From NCBI GenBank assembly GCA_001179505.1, contig CDMY01000499.1, forward strand, positions 296,939-360,938: a DNA stretch of 64,000 nucleotides, given 5' to 3'. Within the stretch, counting starts at the first letter, position 1; each line of letters opens with the position of its first letter. The position numbers were made by a program, and so were the translations under genes. The stretch is from Vitrella brassicaformis CCMP3155. Lineage: Eukaryota > Protista > Chromerida. Shown here in pieces: positions 37,522-50,455 of this stretch. The notes under the pieces were generated by a model. It worked only from the letters and a program-made list of their open reading frames with translations. It was not told where the DNA came from and ran no database searches.

Positions 37522-40500
37522 ATGGTGACGGATGGCCGGCAGGAGGTGGACCTCAGTGGCCTGGATGGTGGTGACGGTGGATGGGCTGCGGTGGTGGGCC
37601 GGTTTGGGAGTGCATGCAGCGCTCTCTTGGGGAGGCTGGGGCTGCGGCAGATCCGCATGACGTGGGGCAGGGGCGACGAGAGCGGCGATGCGCCGAGGCT
37701 GTGCATCGATGATAGTGGTACGCATGCAAATGGGGAGGAAACACATGCGTATTAATGGGTGTCATGACGCGTGTCGTTTGTCCCTGTCTGTGCGCCCAGG
37801 TGACATGGGTGCTGACAAGCCGGCAGGAGAAGGCGCTGGCCCTTCCCACGTCATCCCTCCCCCGCCGTCAGGACAGCGCCAAGAGAGCATGGCTGCCAGT
37901 ACTCCCCCCCCACCCCAACAGCACGGCACCCCAGCAACAGTCACTCCCACACCCACCCCCTCTCCCAGCCCCTCCCCACCTGTCAACACGAATGCACCAC
38001 CACTCGCCACACCACCACATCTAGACGATCTCGATCTCGATCTCGAGCATGACACGAGTGGGGCTGGGCAGCTCAACGCCGTCGAAGCCGACTGTCGCGC
38101 GTCCTTCATGGCCAAGTACGGCTCCCTCATCAGCCGGCAGCTGGCCGAGGGCATCCAGTTCGAGCAGAATCAAGGGAGCACTGATTGGCTGATGGAGGTC
38201 GACGTGGTGATCCCAGCCGTCGGCATCAGCCTTGCGGTGAGGAGGCAGCCGCCCGCGTCGTGGAGGTGGCAACACATGACCAGGATCCTCAGGGAGCGGG
38301 GTCTGCTCCAGCCTCCCCAACGCACCGGTGCCGGACGTGGCGGCACCATCCGCCGGCGTGACGCAGACGATGGCGACGGGGCCGGTGCGTCGGCAAAACG
38401 CGCACGAGTGGTGCCCATGGGGGCGGCCGCTGGTGTCTGTGGCAATGGGCCCCCGGCTGGCCCACGGGCATCGGCGAGTGGGGCTGCAGCAGCAGTGGCG
38501 GCCGCGGCATCGTCCCTGTCGTCACCGAATCTATCAAGTAGGCCAGAAAGACACACAAATCCATGGGCACACTGGACGCCGCGTGCTATCCATTTCTGTG
38601 TGGTTGCATTGCATCAGCGTCGGATTCGGATAAGGAGAGGGGCGCAAAGATGGATGACGATGATGACAAGGACAAGGAATTCGTCCCGGAAGGTACGTAC
38701 GCACCATGGGCCCACACAAACACGGACAATCCGTATCCATACTCAATCATGTTGATGTGTGTGTGTGTGTGTGTGTGGTGTCAGGTCTGCCACAGGGTGA
38801 CCTCTTCCCTGCAGCAGCAGCAGCAGCCTCACCCGACCTCCCCGAGAGCCCCGCTGCCTCCTGCGAGCGACACTTGATGCTCAAACGGGCCGACCCCCGC
38901 AGCGTCTTCCATCGTCTGCCCGAGAACGTCACAGCCACCTTCACCCCCAACCCTTCACACCTCTGGCACGCTGACGCCATGACGGTCACCATCGGCCCCT
39001 TCAAGGATGCGCAGGATAGCGACTATTACGTGCAGGGCACGGCAAGGCCCAAGAAGAAGAAAGGCCGGAATGGCAGGGAGGGGTGGGACTTCTCCCAGGC
39101 GCTCAAGGACAAGGTCACGGATGCTTCGGACAACAGCCGTCCCGACCCGGAGCGCTTCAAGTTTCGGCTGGAGGGGGGCAAGCGCATCATCGGGCGGGTC
39201 AAGCAGAGGAACGGTAGGTGGGCGGGCCAGCGACCATAACGAAGAGAAGAGCAGTGAAAAGTGTTTTGCTTCCTTGACGGTGTCGTGCAGTTGCTACCAG
39301 GCAGGCGCACCGGACGGATCGTGAGCATGGCCAAGGTATGTAACGAACCATCGAGTACACACGAACACGGACCAAGCAATGTTTGTTTCTGTGTTCCTTT
39401 ATCGCTTGGTTGCAGTGGACACGAAGCCCAAGTTCGGTGAGGGCAATGATGAGGAGGGTCTGCCGCAGGGCTGCGAGAACCATCACCACGAGCAGCAGCA
39501 GCAGGTGAGTGGTGACGGCAAGAAGCAGGGACAAGGACAGCCTAAGTTGCCTGCACAGACACCCCCGGCTGCTGTCGTGCCCCCGTTGCCGTTTCTGCTG
39601 CCACCATTACGCCATCCCCGCCCCCCGTACCGACCGCCCCTCTATGGTAGGCCCTCAGACGGACACAGACAGGCGCCCCCCACCCACTCATGGATATCTC
39701 CTCTCGCCGTTCGTTTCCTTCTGAACAGGTGCACACGTGGCCATGGGCGCTCGTCCATCCACCGGCATACCGAATCGGCCCCCAAAGCCGCCCATGCCAG
39801 TGCAAGTCCCGGCCTCTCCTGCCGCTGCTGCGGCAGTCTTCCTAGCTGGTCGGAGGGCGGCACCATTCGCCGTCAGTCCACCTGGCGCTCGCCCCGTGCC
39901 TCTGGGCGGCCGTCCCTTCGGACAGCATCACATGCAGCACATGCACTCAGGTAGCTGAATGGACAAAGGCAGTCGGTGGAAGTGATTGTGTGTGTGATGT
40001 TGTTCGTTGTCTGCCGCTCTCTCAGGTCGCCACGTCTTCCCAGCGGGCCATCCTCTCACCATGGGTGCGTCGCATCTTCCGCCCCCAGTCATTCCACCCC
40101 GTTCTGCCCGCCCTCCCACCCCCACACCGACACCCCCAGTGTCTCGCGACGAGACGATGGCTGACGTGGCCGCCCCTCAACAGGTGATGTCCCCGTCACC
40201 CCAGCAACCACCTCACGAGCAGTCGCTGGAGCCACCTCTGGTGGATGAGACGGCCCAGCAAGGGCCTCAGCCAATGGAGCAAGACGACCAGCACCGGCAT
40301 CAGCACCAGCACCAGCAGAATAATCATCAGCAGGAGCAGAATGAGCCGATGGACATCTCCGTTGTCGACGATGGCGTCGTGGGGGCTCACGGGCATGGAG
40401 ACGAGCACCCACCGCCATGGCAGCCGCAGGACCTAGATGAAGATGACTCTGGGCACAACGACAACCCCGCTGCTGTCGCTGCCGCCGCTCCCCCCGTCCA

Positions 40501-41260
40501 GCCCCGCCCAGCCCGCCGTGCTGTCGTCAAGAGGGAGCCCAACGCTGCCCCACGCAACCAGAACCGGCATAGCCGTGGAGGCAGCCACGCCAACAACAGC
40601 AACACCGACAACAATAATCGTCCCGACCCGCCCGTCAAGAAGGAGGAAAAGAAGGAGGCCAGGGAGGCGCGCTCATCGGCTGGGACTGGGGCTGGTGGCC
40701 ACCCTGCTACTGCTGCTGCGGCTGCTGCAAGTGCAGGTGCGAGGGAGGGGGGTTCGCGAGTCAAGACAGAGCCGCCGGCAGGAGGTGTGCCGTCGGGTGC
40801 AGCCGGTGGCCAGCAGCAGGACGACGCCATTGTGGTGGACGACAGTGATGGGGAGGGCGAGAGAGGGGGCGATGGTGGCGAGTATGTCATGAAGGTGCTG
40901 CACATGGCGTCGCACGAGGATTTGGTGGCCGCCCTGGGGCAGCACAACGACTTCCGGACACAGATCGTTCTCGACATTGTGCAGAAGGTCAGTCAGTCAG
41001 CGGAGCAGGGAGGGAAGAACGAACGGCACTGTTTCTCCATCCACGTCTCTGTGTGTGTGTGTGTGTGTGAGCAGAAACGGTTCGCGGGTCACAATCTGGC
41101 CAAGATGAAGGCCATGAGGGTGTGTGACATCGTAGCCGAGTACTTTAGCGGCGACGACCAGCAGACAGGCCCTGTCGACACGCTCAAACAGTGGGTCAGC
41201 GACCTCTACACCAACAGCAAGAGCAAGAAGGGGTGGCTGAAGGTGCCCTCCGCACGCTGA
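37522..41260 (+). CDS. Large low-complexity hypothetical protein; C-terminal globular region weakly SAM-like
   Basis: Long open exons (37800-38540, 38785-39215, 40027-40990) with canonical splice sites and P/Q/A-rich composition. Ends SHEDLVAALGQHNDFRTQIVLDIVQK|KRFAGHNLAKMK...VPSAR*. Confidence 0.6.
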
Positions 41261-42093
41261 CCACACCCGCCCCCTCTCCACACACACAGGTCCCACTCTC
41301 ACAAGAGAGCAGAAACACACTGTCTCCACCCTGCCGACCTCGTGAGTGAATGGCATACGTGTTTGTCTGTCTGTCTGTCTGTCTGTGTATGTATGTGTGT
41401 GTGTCAGGTCCTGGCTGACGAGCAATGTCGTCTGGCCTCATACTCTGACTGGCCTGGCTGGCTGGCTGCCTCTATGTGTGTGGGAGTGCTTGAGCGATTC
41501 ATTCAAGCATGAGGGCTTTTCGTTCTCTCTCTATCTGCCAGCCTGTGTGTGAGCCAGCCAGTGTGGGGTATCATTTTAAGAGTGAGCCTGCCAGACGGTG
41601 TGTGGTGTGTCTTTTGTGTGTGTGTGGTGGGTAGGTGGACGGACGTGATCGGTTGACTTTTTTCTCGTGTGCTGTGCCCCCGTCGAGTCGATGTGAAATG
41701 GACGTGTTATGCACACATCGATTCATGTGTGTTACATATGTGTTGGTGTCTGTGTGTGTGTGTGTGTCCCACCCCTCCCTCTCGCTGTCTGCGGCAAGCC
41801 AACCGCTGCCTACCAGACACGCCGAGGCCACAACATTTCTCCGTCTGTGGCGGCCTGTCTGGCGTGCCGAGATTGCCTCAGGCAGCGAGAGGGGGGAAAG
41901 AGCGTATGTGTCTTACAGCTTTTTCAGTGCAGTGCGTGTCGGGCTGAGTGTGTCTGCAGTAGAATGATATGCACACGCATGGCATGCATCGCTATGTGTG
42001 AACGCATTTGAAAAGTGAAGGGAAGCAGCAGATTTACTGACTCATCCTGCGAGCTTAGAAAGGGCGAGGGAAGCGCTCAAGATCTCTGATGAG

Positions 42094-43597
42094 ATGAAGG
42101 CTCGTCTGTTGTCCCTTCCCCTGCCCGCTCCGCCGCCGTTCGGTCTGCGCTCACTCCCTCGCCGCGTTTCAAACCGGATTTCGCTATGCGATGGGCAACG
42201 CTGCGATAGTCGTGGAGGGAACCGTGACGCATCGTTTGTTTCTTGGAAGACTTGGGTGGAAGGAGGAGAGGGCTGTCCTGAGAAAACTGAACCAGACGAG
42301 TCTGAGCGAAGTGAACAAGGCTGTGCATCATAAACACCTGCTACGCCACAAAGTAAGCAAGCGGCCTCACACACACTCTACTTCTATATGTGGTCTGTCT
42401 GGCTGTCTGTCTGTCTGGCCACTAGTATCTCTGGACTGCTCTCGGTCGCCTCCTGGATGACGATGAGGCCTTCCTCGACTACCTGCAGACACACGTGCGC
42501 CCAGAATCTGTCCAGGGTAGGCAGATAGACAGGTGTGTACAGCCGCTGTTGCCCAGCGGCCCACCATCGATGGATGGCGCTGGTTGTGTTGTGTTGTGTT
42601 TTGTTGTTTGCTCCGCTCAGAATGGAATGAGTGGGCGGAAGAGGCGAGGAGGCAGATCATGGAGGCAGAGGCAGGTTCGTGTAGTACACACAGGGGGNNN
42701 NNNNNNNNNNNNNNNNNNNNNNNNNNNNNNNNNNNNNNNNNNNNNNNNNNNNNNNNNNNNNNNNNNNNNNNNNNNNNNNNNNNNNNNNNNNNNNNNNNNN
42801 NNNNNNNNNNNNNNNNNNNNNNNNNNNNNNNNNNNNNNNNNNNNNNNNNNNNNNNNNNNNNNNNNNNNNNNNNNNNNNNNNNNNNNNNNNNNNNNNNNNN
42901 NNNNNNNNNNNNNNNNNNNNNNNNNNNNNNNNNNNNNNNNNNNNNNNNNNNNNNNNNNNNNNNNNNNNNNNNNNNNNNNNNNNNNNNNNNNNNNNNNGGG
43001 GGGCCTTAGATGTGTGCGCTGCGCCGCGCCCACACATGAGTATATCTATATCTATATCTGTGTTGTCTGTGTTGATTGATTGGTGGGTGCAGATCAGGAA
43101 CTGCAGCGGGAGATGCAGCGGGAGACAACGAGAAGCCTTCAACATGGCCAAGAACAACGGGAGGACACGTACGTGAAAACTGAAGGACTGACTGACAGAC
43201 TCGATGACGAAGTGATGACTGCCTGCCTGCCTGCCTGCCTGCAGAGATGTCAGTGGTGGTGATGAGGTGCTCCCCCACATAGACGACGAGCTACTCCCGA
43301 CAGGCAAGTGAAGAGAAGAGCGAGGGAGGGAGGGAGGGAGGGAGGGAGGGATGCACGCCTTGCCTGGTTGGTGAGTGACCTCCACCACCTCTTTCTGTAT
43401 CTATCTATGTGTCAGATATCGGTGAGGACGTGTCGGTGGGCCAGCGGTTTCATGGCCCTCAGCAAGCGGCTGCAGGGGGCCCGTCAAGCGCTGCCTACCA
43501 ACGGAAGGGCACAGGATCTCAGCATCGCATCGAGGCTGATGCTGACGACGATAGAGTAGAACAGAGTCATGCCAGTCTTCGGCGTAAGAAAGAGTGA
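42094..43597 (+). CDS. Hypothetical multi-exon gene spanning an N gap; its 5' leader duplicates that of the neighbouring nucleotidyltransferase, with an apparent 1-nt frameshift
   Basis: Exons WKEERAVLRKLNQTSLSEVNKAVHHKHLLRHK|YLWTALGRLLDDDEAFLDYLQTHVRPESVQ|EWNEWAEEARRQIMEAEA...|DIGEDVSVG...LRRKKE*. Alternative start at ATG 42191. Confidence 0.5.
42698..42997. other. Assembly gap (300 N)
   Basis: Run of N flanked by G tracts. Confidence 1.
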
Positions 43598-43877
43598 CTG
43601 ATTTCCACACGCGCCGTGTTTCGTAGTATGGACGGGGGTGACATTTATCGATGTGGTTCATGCTGCTGTCCGGCCTGGGCACACTCGGTGCGTGCGGTGT
43701 GTGATGTATCTGCGACAAAAAGATACATAAGGCGATGGATCCATGTGGTGGCATGCATCGCTATGCTTGTGTGCGCATTGGTAAAGACATTTGTTTGCGT
43801 CAAGTGAAGCCTGCGGCAGATCCACTCATTGACTCCTCCTGCGAGCTTAGAAATGGGGAGAGAAGGAAGATCTGGAG

Positions 43878-46779
43878 ATGAAGGCTCGTCTGTTGTGCTC
43901 CCTTCCCTTGCCCGCCCCGCCGCCGTTCGGTCTGCGCTCACTCCAGGCACACAGAAGGGCCATCGCCGCTGTTGCCAGGCTCAGGACAAAGAACCAACAT
44001 GCAGATGCTGCTGATGAAGGGAGTGGTGATTATCCATCCATCTTCGACGCAGATGCAGCCAGGCAGCCATCTGACAACAGACAAGGAGGGAGGAGGTCAC
44101 TCGGCGTCACTCTGGCCCGCCTGCAGAACAGAGAGGGCCTCATGGATCCGCACCCGCACGAGCCGGCGGCAGCCGCAGCAGCCGCAGCATTGCGTGTGAG
44201 GCGGAAAGGCTTGCATCAGCTGCCCCACGCTGATGCAGAGGTCTACGAGCGCATCAAGATCCATCACGCCAAGGCGCGTCAGCTGGAGCAGAGTCTGCAG
44301 AGGGCCGAGGAGCAGCTCGACGACAGCCCCGACCTCAAGCAGCACTACGAGGCCGTCATGGCGGCTGAGCGGCACGTCAGCGACACACACAGGGGAGGCG
44401 CTGATCTCACTGATGGGTGGCGTGACGTGGTGAAGAGCTCCTTTGACGGGGAGCTGAGTGACGACAGTGACGACGAGTTGGCGGGGTTCCGGAGGGCATC
44501 AAGGCAGCAAAGGCGGATGAAAGAGGCGCAGGAGAGCCACAAGGCCAAGAGGCGCATACTCAAGGGGGTAGGTGGAGCGAGTGAGCAGACCAGCCATGAG
44601 CCATGATGCACTCTCTCATTGAGTCACACTCACCTCTGTCTGCTCTCCCTTCCGCAGATGGAGGAGCATGACGCCCAAGAAGGCCTGTGGCCGGGAAGCG
44701 CACCAGCAGCAGCAGCAGCGGCATCCACCTCCCCCTCTCCCCCCTCCTCGCCCCCTCCCTCCCAGCCTCCCACCTCCCCGCTGCTGGCCGCCCTTGCAGA
44801 GGCAGCGGCCCCGCCACCACCAACAGCAGCATCAGCAGCATCAGCAGCATCTGGCAGCAAGGGCATGAGGGGCGCCATGCTGAGGGCCCCGATGTCTGAT
44901 GCGCTGCCCTTCTTCACCTCCCGTCGCGTGTCGGTGTTGAGTGCGGACGACGAGCGGCTCAAGCAGCTGAGTGCCGAGATTGATGAGCTGGAAGCGACGC
45001 TCACGCCACTGCCCGAGCACATCAAGGTGCGCGGGAAGCAAAGGCGTGTGGTGGGTGCTGGTTTGTTTGATAGATGTGTGTGGGGGATGGCTATGCTCCC
45101 TATTATGTATAAGTGTTTGTTGTGTGTCAGGAGAAGGATGAGTTCCTTGAGCGTTTGCAGGAGACGGTGAGCGGTGCGTTTGACTCGTGTCTGGTGTCGC
45201 CTTTTGGGTCGGTGGTCAACGGGCTGTGGACGCCACACTCAGATATCGACATATGCCTCCAGGTGCCACCAGACCCATCGAGTGTGGTGTCACCATCTCC
45301 TGCTGTGGTGTTTTGTGTGTGTGTGTGTGTGTGTGTGCGGCTATGGTTGATCAGATGCCTGGTTGCACCACTCGCCCTGCGCAGATCAAAGTGCTGCGGC
45401 GAGTGGCCGCAGAGCTGCACAGAATCACGTAATCGCCTCCCACAAACCACAAACCACACCACAATAAGGCACACGAGCACTGACTGATTCAGTCACTTTG
45501 TGCGTGTATGTGCGCGCAGGTCTCATTACTTGGAGCCCCGTTTCCAGGCCAAGATGCCCATCATCCACTGGGCACCACGAGTGCCCGGAGCACAGGTGCG
45601 GATGCAGGCAGCGAGCCAGTGGGGGGCAGCCGGACATCTGGATGCATGTGTGTGTTGTGTGCCTTCAGGTGGCGTGTGACATCTCTGTCAACAACACTCT
45701 GGCCATCGTCAACTCCAAGCTCATCGGTACGGTGCAGCAGACCTGCTACGCAGCGAAATGCTCATCCTTGCTTGTATTGGATCCACCCATGCCTCCATCT
45801 CTCTCTCTCTCTCTGTGTGTGTGTCATACTGACTGCAGGTGCCTACATGGCTGTGGATCGCCGTCTGCGGGCGGTGGGGCTGGCGCTCAAGCACTGGGCC
45901 AAGTCGAGAGGCATCAACGACAGGCACATTACACACACACACACACACACACAGAGCCTGGGCGGTCGTAGGCATGGCGCCCTCTCGTTTGAATGTGTGT
46001 GGTGTGGTGTGCTGTGCAGGTCTCGCGGCACGTTGAGTTCGTTTGCGCTGATCCTGATGCTGATCCACCTGTTCCAGAAGAGGCCAGTGCCAATTCTGCC
46101 CGGCCTGCAGGTAAGCAACAAGCAGGGAGGGAGAGTTATCCCTTCAGTCATTGGTCTGCTTGTCGGTTGGTTCGTTGGTGTGTGCCGCCAGGATTTGGCG
46201 ACCGCCCACAGCTACGCCCCGGTGTACATCAACGGAGCCGACTGCAGATACTGCACCAACAGAAAGGTCAGTCAACAGCTGCCCACCTTCCTGCCTGCCT
46301 GCCTCCCTGTGTGGCTGTGAAGCTGTGTGTGGCGTCCATCCACTGACCTGTGCCTCACTTCTCTCTGTGTCTGTCCGTGTGTGTGTTAGGAGATCGAGGA
46401 AGAGTTGGCCTTTCTGCAGGGCGGCCACGCCCCCAACAGCGAGTCGGTGGGCTACCTGCTCTACTCGTTCTTCCGCCACTTCGGATACGACTACAAACAC
46501 GGCATCATTGCCGTCCGCGACACCACCCACCTGATGCCGGCCGCCACTGCTGCTTCCGCATCTGCAGCGGCGTCCTCAACAGCACCCGGGCTGGTGCCGA
46601 CAGACCCCTCGATGTGCTATTTGTTTGTGGACAATCCGTTTGAGGTCGGCAAGGATGTGGCCAACGTGCTGCCGAATCAGTACGCCAGGATACGGCAGGA
46701 GTTCAGACGGGCGCACACACTCATGGCACAGGGGGCGCCCTTCGCTGAGATCTGCAAGTACGTGAGAGCCGGGCAGTGA
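43878..46779 (+). CDS. Cid1/GLD-2-family non-canonical poly(A)/poly(U) polymerase with long N-terminal extension
   Basis: PFGSVVNGLWTPHSDIDICL (GS..DxD), ACDISVNNTLAIVNSKLI (third Asp), ALKHWAKSRGINDRSRGTLSSFALILM, PAP-associated FFRHFG and LFVDNPFE. Exon 1 (43878-44567) splices in phase 0 to 44658. Confidence 0.9.
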
Positions 46780-47472
46780 CTTGCAGGATAGCACAGGTGA
46801 TGCATGTGTGTGTGTGCTGGTGCCTGGCTGGCTGCAGGAATGACCGGCAGCTTCACGATGTACTGGGGAAGCCATCGCTGCTCAACAGATAGCCGAGATA
46901 CAGGCACACAGACAGGAGAGTAGACACGAAGCCGGGAAGGGCCAGCTGTCGATGAGCTGAGCTGATATGTGTGGGCTGATGCTGTCCATGAAGATTGACT
47001 GGATGCACGTTCGATTCAGCGGCACAGTATGAAAACTCAGCGAGTCACATGTATTACATGACCAGTTTGCTTTCGTCTCACGAATGTATACACGCGAAAC
47101 CACATAACTGCAACCATGAAAGATGCGAGTCAGGGGCATGCAATGGAGGAGACGCACAGTGTAGCACAGAGCTCACGCATTCAAATACGCCATACAGAGA
47201 GGTTACCATCAGCCGCACAATGGGCCTGCGAAGACATCTACGCGCGCGTGTCTCTTGCACACACCAGACATGCACTGCTGGCTGTAGCTGGCTGTCGTCA
47301 CACATGCATACCGACATGCATTGATAAACCACCTGCTGACCTGACGAGACGGCCAGAAGCACATCACGAATGCACACGATACCCCTTTGCCCTTAATAAT
47401 CGCACACGCGCTTCGCAAAGACACTCACACCAAAAAAAGAAGACAAAATACACGGCACTCAACTCAGCTACA

Positions 47473-48413
47473 CTACACATAAGAAACACCATGGGCGCCG
47501 GTCTGGTTGTTTCCGCCAGTAGACTGCTGGAAAGTCTCGATCTGCGGCTGTGGTTGGGGTGTTCCGATCACACATGGCGCGACGTTGTACTGCATAACGG
47601 CCGGCGGGGGAAGGTCGGCGGGGGAAGCGTCCTGGTAGCCTCTGGCCCTCGCCACATGTCTGTATTCCTGTGTAATGGCGCACGGCATACACCAGAAGAC
47701 AAGGCAGCAGTCCCCGCAGCCGTCGGTCGCTGGAATGTCGTAATGCCTGTCGAGCGGACAAACAAGACATTCAGACAGACAGACAGACATGCGTCTCATG
47801 AGCCATTGGGTCCCTGTTCAGCCATCCGCGCACCTCCTCAGTTTGGTGCGGTAGATAAGAAAGATGATGAACACGATGACGGAGATGGCAACGAAACCCG
47901 GGTACCACTTCGGTATCAGCAGAACTACGCGGGAACCCGAGACCACCCATGGTGTTCCCGCGTAGTACGGGGAGATCTGTTCCAGAATCACCAGGAGCAA
48001 TCTGGCGAAGTAGAGGGCGCCGAACACTAGCAGGCCCAGCTTGAAGTGCAGCAGCTTCACCTGTCCCAGAGGCCGTGCCTACATCGAGAGGGGGGGAGAT
48101 GGTGGAATGCGTCGGCCATGCTTGTGTCTGTGCCTTGATTCACCTTGAGGAACGCATAGATTGGCGAGAGGAGTGGCCAGAATAAACACGCCAAGCACCC
48201 CAGTAGACAGGAGGGTCCGTCGGAGAAGCAGTCACAGATGCCATCGCTCCACTTGCCTGACCCACACAGACAGACAGACACCCGCATCAGGCGTGGATGG
48301 AACGTCATCTGTCTGTCATGCTCACCTTTCCACAGTTCGTCTCGTTTGGGGTCTCCAATCGGCGGGACTGTCACGACAGGGGCGGGCACACGGGGCTCAG
48401 TATTCGCTGACAT
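47473..48413 (-). CDS. PLAC8-family Cys-rich membrane protein
   Basis: KWSDGICDCFSDGPSCLLGC, two hydrophobic segments, and RHYDIP..GCGDCCLVFWCMPCAITQEYRHV. Confidence 0.85.
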
Positions 48414-48865
48414 GTCGTCCGTTTTGTCAAAGGCCGAGACGAAATTCAATGAGGGAAATTCGACACGTAGCTACACGTCCGGTGAGATCCTTCAATCAGA
48501 CAGGCCGAGCACACCAGACGAGAACAGCACTATCCTCGTCAGGACCGAAGATGCACGTGCAGTTGAGACCTGTCAGTGTAGGCAGGCCGAGCACGCACAG
48601 ACAGCCGCAGGAGACCTCTAGACAAGACAGGTCTCCTTTCTCACGAGAGATGGCAGAGAGAGACAGCGGTTTCACAGAATATTAGCTTTAAAGCATTGCG
48701 AGCTTTTTTGGTGCAGATCGGGAGGGAAGGACTTGGGAGGGAGGGGAGAGGGGAGGAGGGGAGAAGTGCTCAGCGACGCCAACCAGCTGCCGCCTCTCGT
48801 GCCCTTCTTTCTTCCGTATTTCTCTCATCGATCTCTACATTCTCTCTCTTATCTCCAGGGGCGCC

Positions 48866-50169
48866 ATGAGTTCTGTCAGTGCTGCCATCGTGTGCCTGCT
48901 GGTGGCCCTCACCCCCCTTGCCCTCGCCCAGCATTCCTACAGATGTCCCGATGACTACGAAGACAGAAACAACAAATGCGTCAAGATCCAGAGACTGCCG
49001 CCCAAGGTGAGTGAGTGAGCCCACACACTCAGTAAGGCAGATCCAGCCGCTCTACACTGGCAGACGTGCCGCCCGATGTGTGTGCTTCAGATGGGCTGTC
49101 CGGACGGCTACTTGCTGCGATGCCGTTCCCACGACAAGACGGACTGCTCCTGTGTGAAGAGGCACTTCGCCGATTATCAGTACGAGTGCCCCGTTGAGTG
49201 GCGGCTCAAGGAGGACCAGTGCATCTGGCGAGAGACCTGCCCGCCCGTCTACGAGTGCCCGGAGGTGCCGCCACATACACTCGAGACCGGACTTGTGCGG
49301 GTCCATACCTCTGCTCTGTGTGTGTGTGTGTGTGTCAGGGTTACGATCGCCATGGAGACGAGTGTCGCAAACACGAAGTCACTCCAGCCATCCCCTACTG
49401 CCATGAGGTGCGTCGGCGGGCGGCCGGGCAGACAGACAGCCAGCCCACACTTACTCTCGCTTCTTTCTTGTCCATTAGGGTGAGCTGAAGGATGGCGGGT
49501 GCGTGACCATCGACAAGAAGCACGCCAAGCTCACGTGCCCCCACGACTACAAGCTGGTCGGCAAAGGGAAGGACCGCAAATGCAGGGCCACCCACTACTC
49601 CGACCACCAGCGGCACTGCCCCGACGGCTACACCTTCCAGGACGACGTGTGCCTCAAGTACTGGGAGAAGCCGGCACACAGCTACTGCCCCGACGGGTCG
49701 AGTGAGGAGCGTGGCAAGTGTGTCAAGTACCACTATGAGGAGGCGGAGAGACACTGCCCCGCCCACGCGGATGGCCATCACATCAAGACCAATGGCTTCG
49801 GTGAGACACACAACAGAGAAGGATGAACAAGGCGATCCCTCCCACTCTTGTGTGCGTGTGTGTGTGCGCATCCACTATCAGAGGACGCCATGAGGGGTCT
49901 GTGTCGGTGCAAGACGTGCGACAACGAGAAGGGCGAGTACGAGACCGTCAGCCTCACGGCAGCCACCGACGAGGATCGCCGGGAGGAGTGCATGGACCTC
50001 TGCCTCGACAAGGAGGGCTGTGTGGCCATCGAGCTGGCCCTCGGCAAGACCCGCTGCGAGCTGCACTTCGGGGAAATCTCACACGTGGCCCACAACAGCA
50101 AACACGAGTGCATCAAGAGAGAGGAGGGTATGCAAACACAAGGCCAGACGCCGCGTATTCGCTGCCGCA

Positions 50170-50205
<36 letters not shown>

Positions 50206-50422
50206 TGATGTTGATTCAGGCGATGAGGATGAGTGCTACGGCGTGGAGTACTTCGACAAGGAGCTGGCGTGTCCGGGGAAGTTCACCCCATCGGACCACA
50301 CCTCGCCCGACGGCAAGCCCATGTGCGAGAAGTGCAAGGACGGACATGGCCAAAAGGACACACACAACTGCGTCTACAAGCCGGTGAGCAGACACAGACG
50401 CAAAAATATCGAGCCACACACA

Positions 50423-50455
<33 letters not shown>

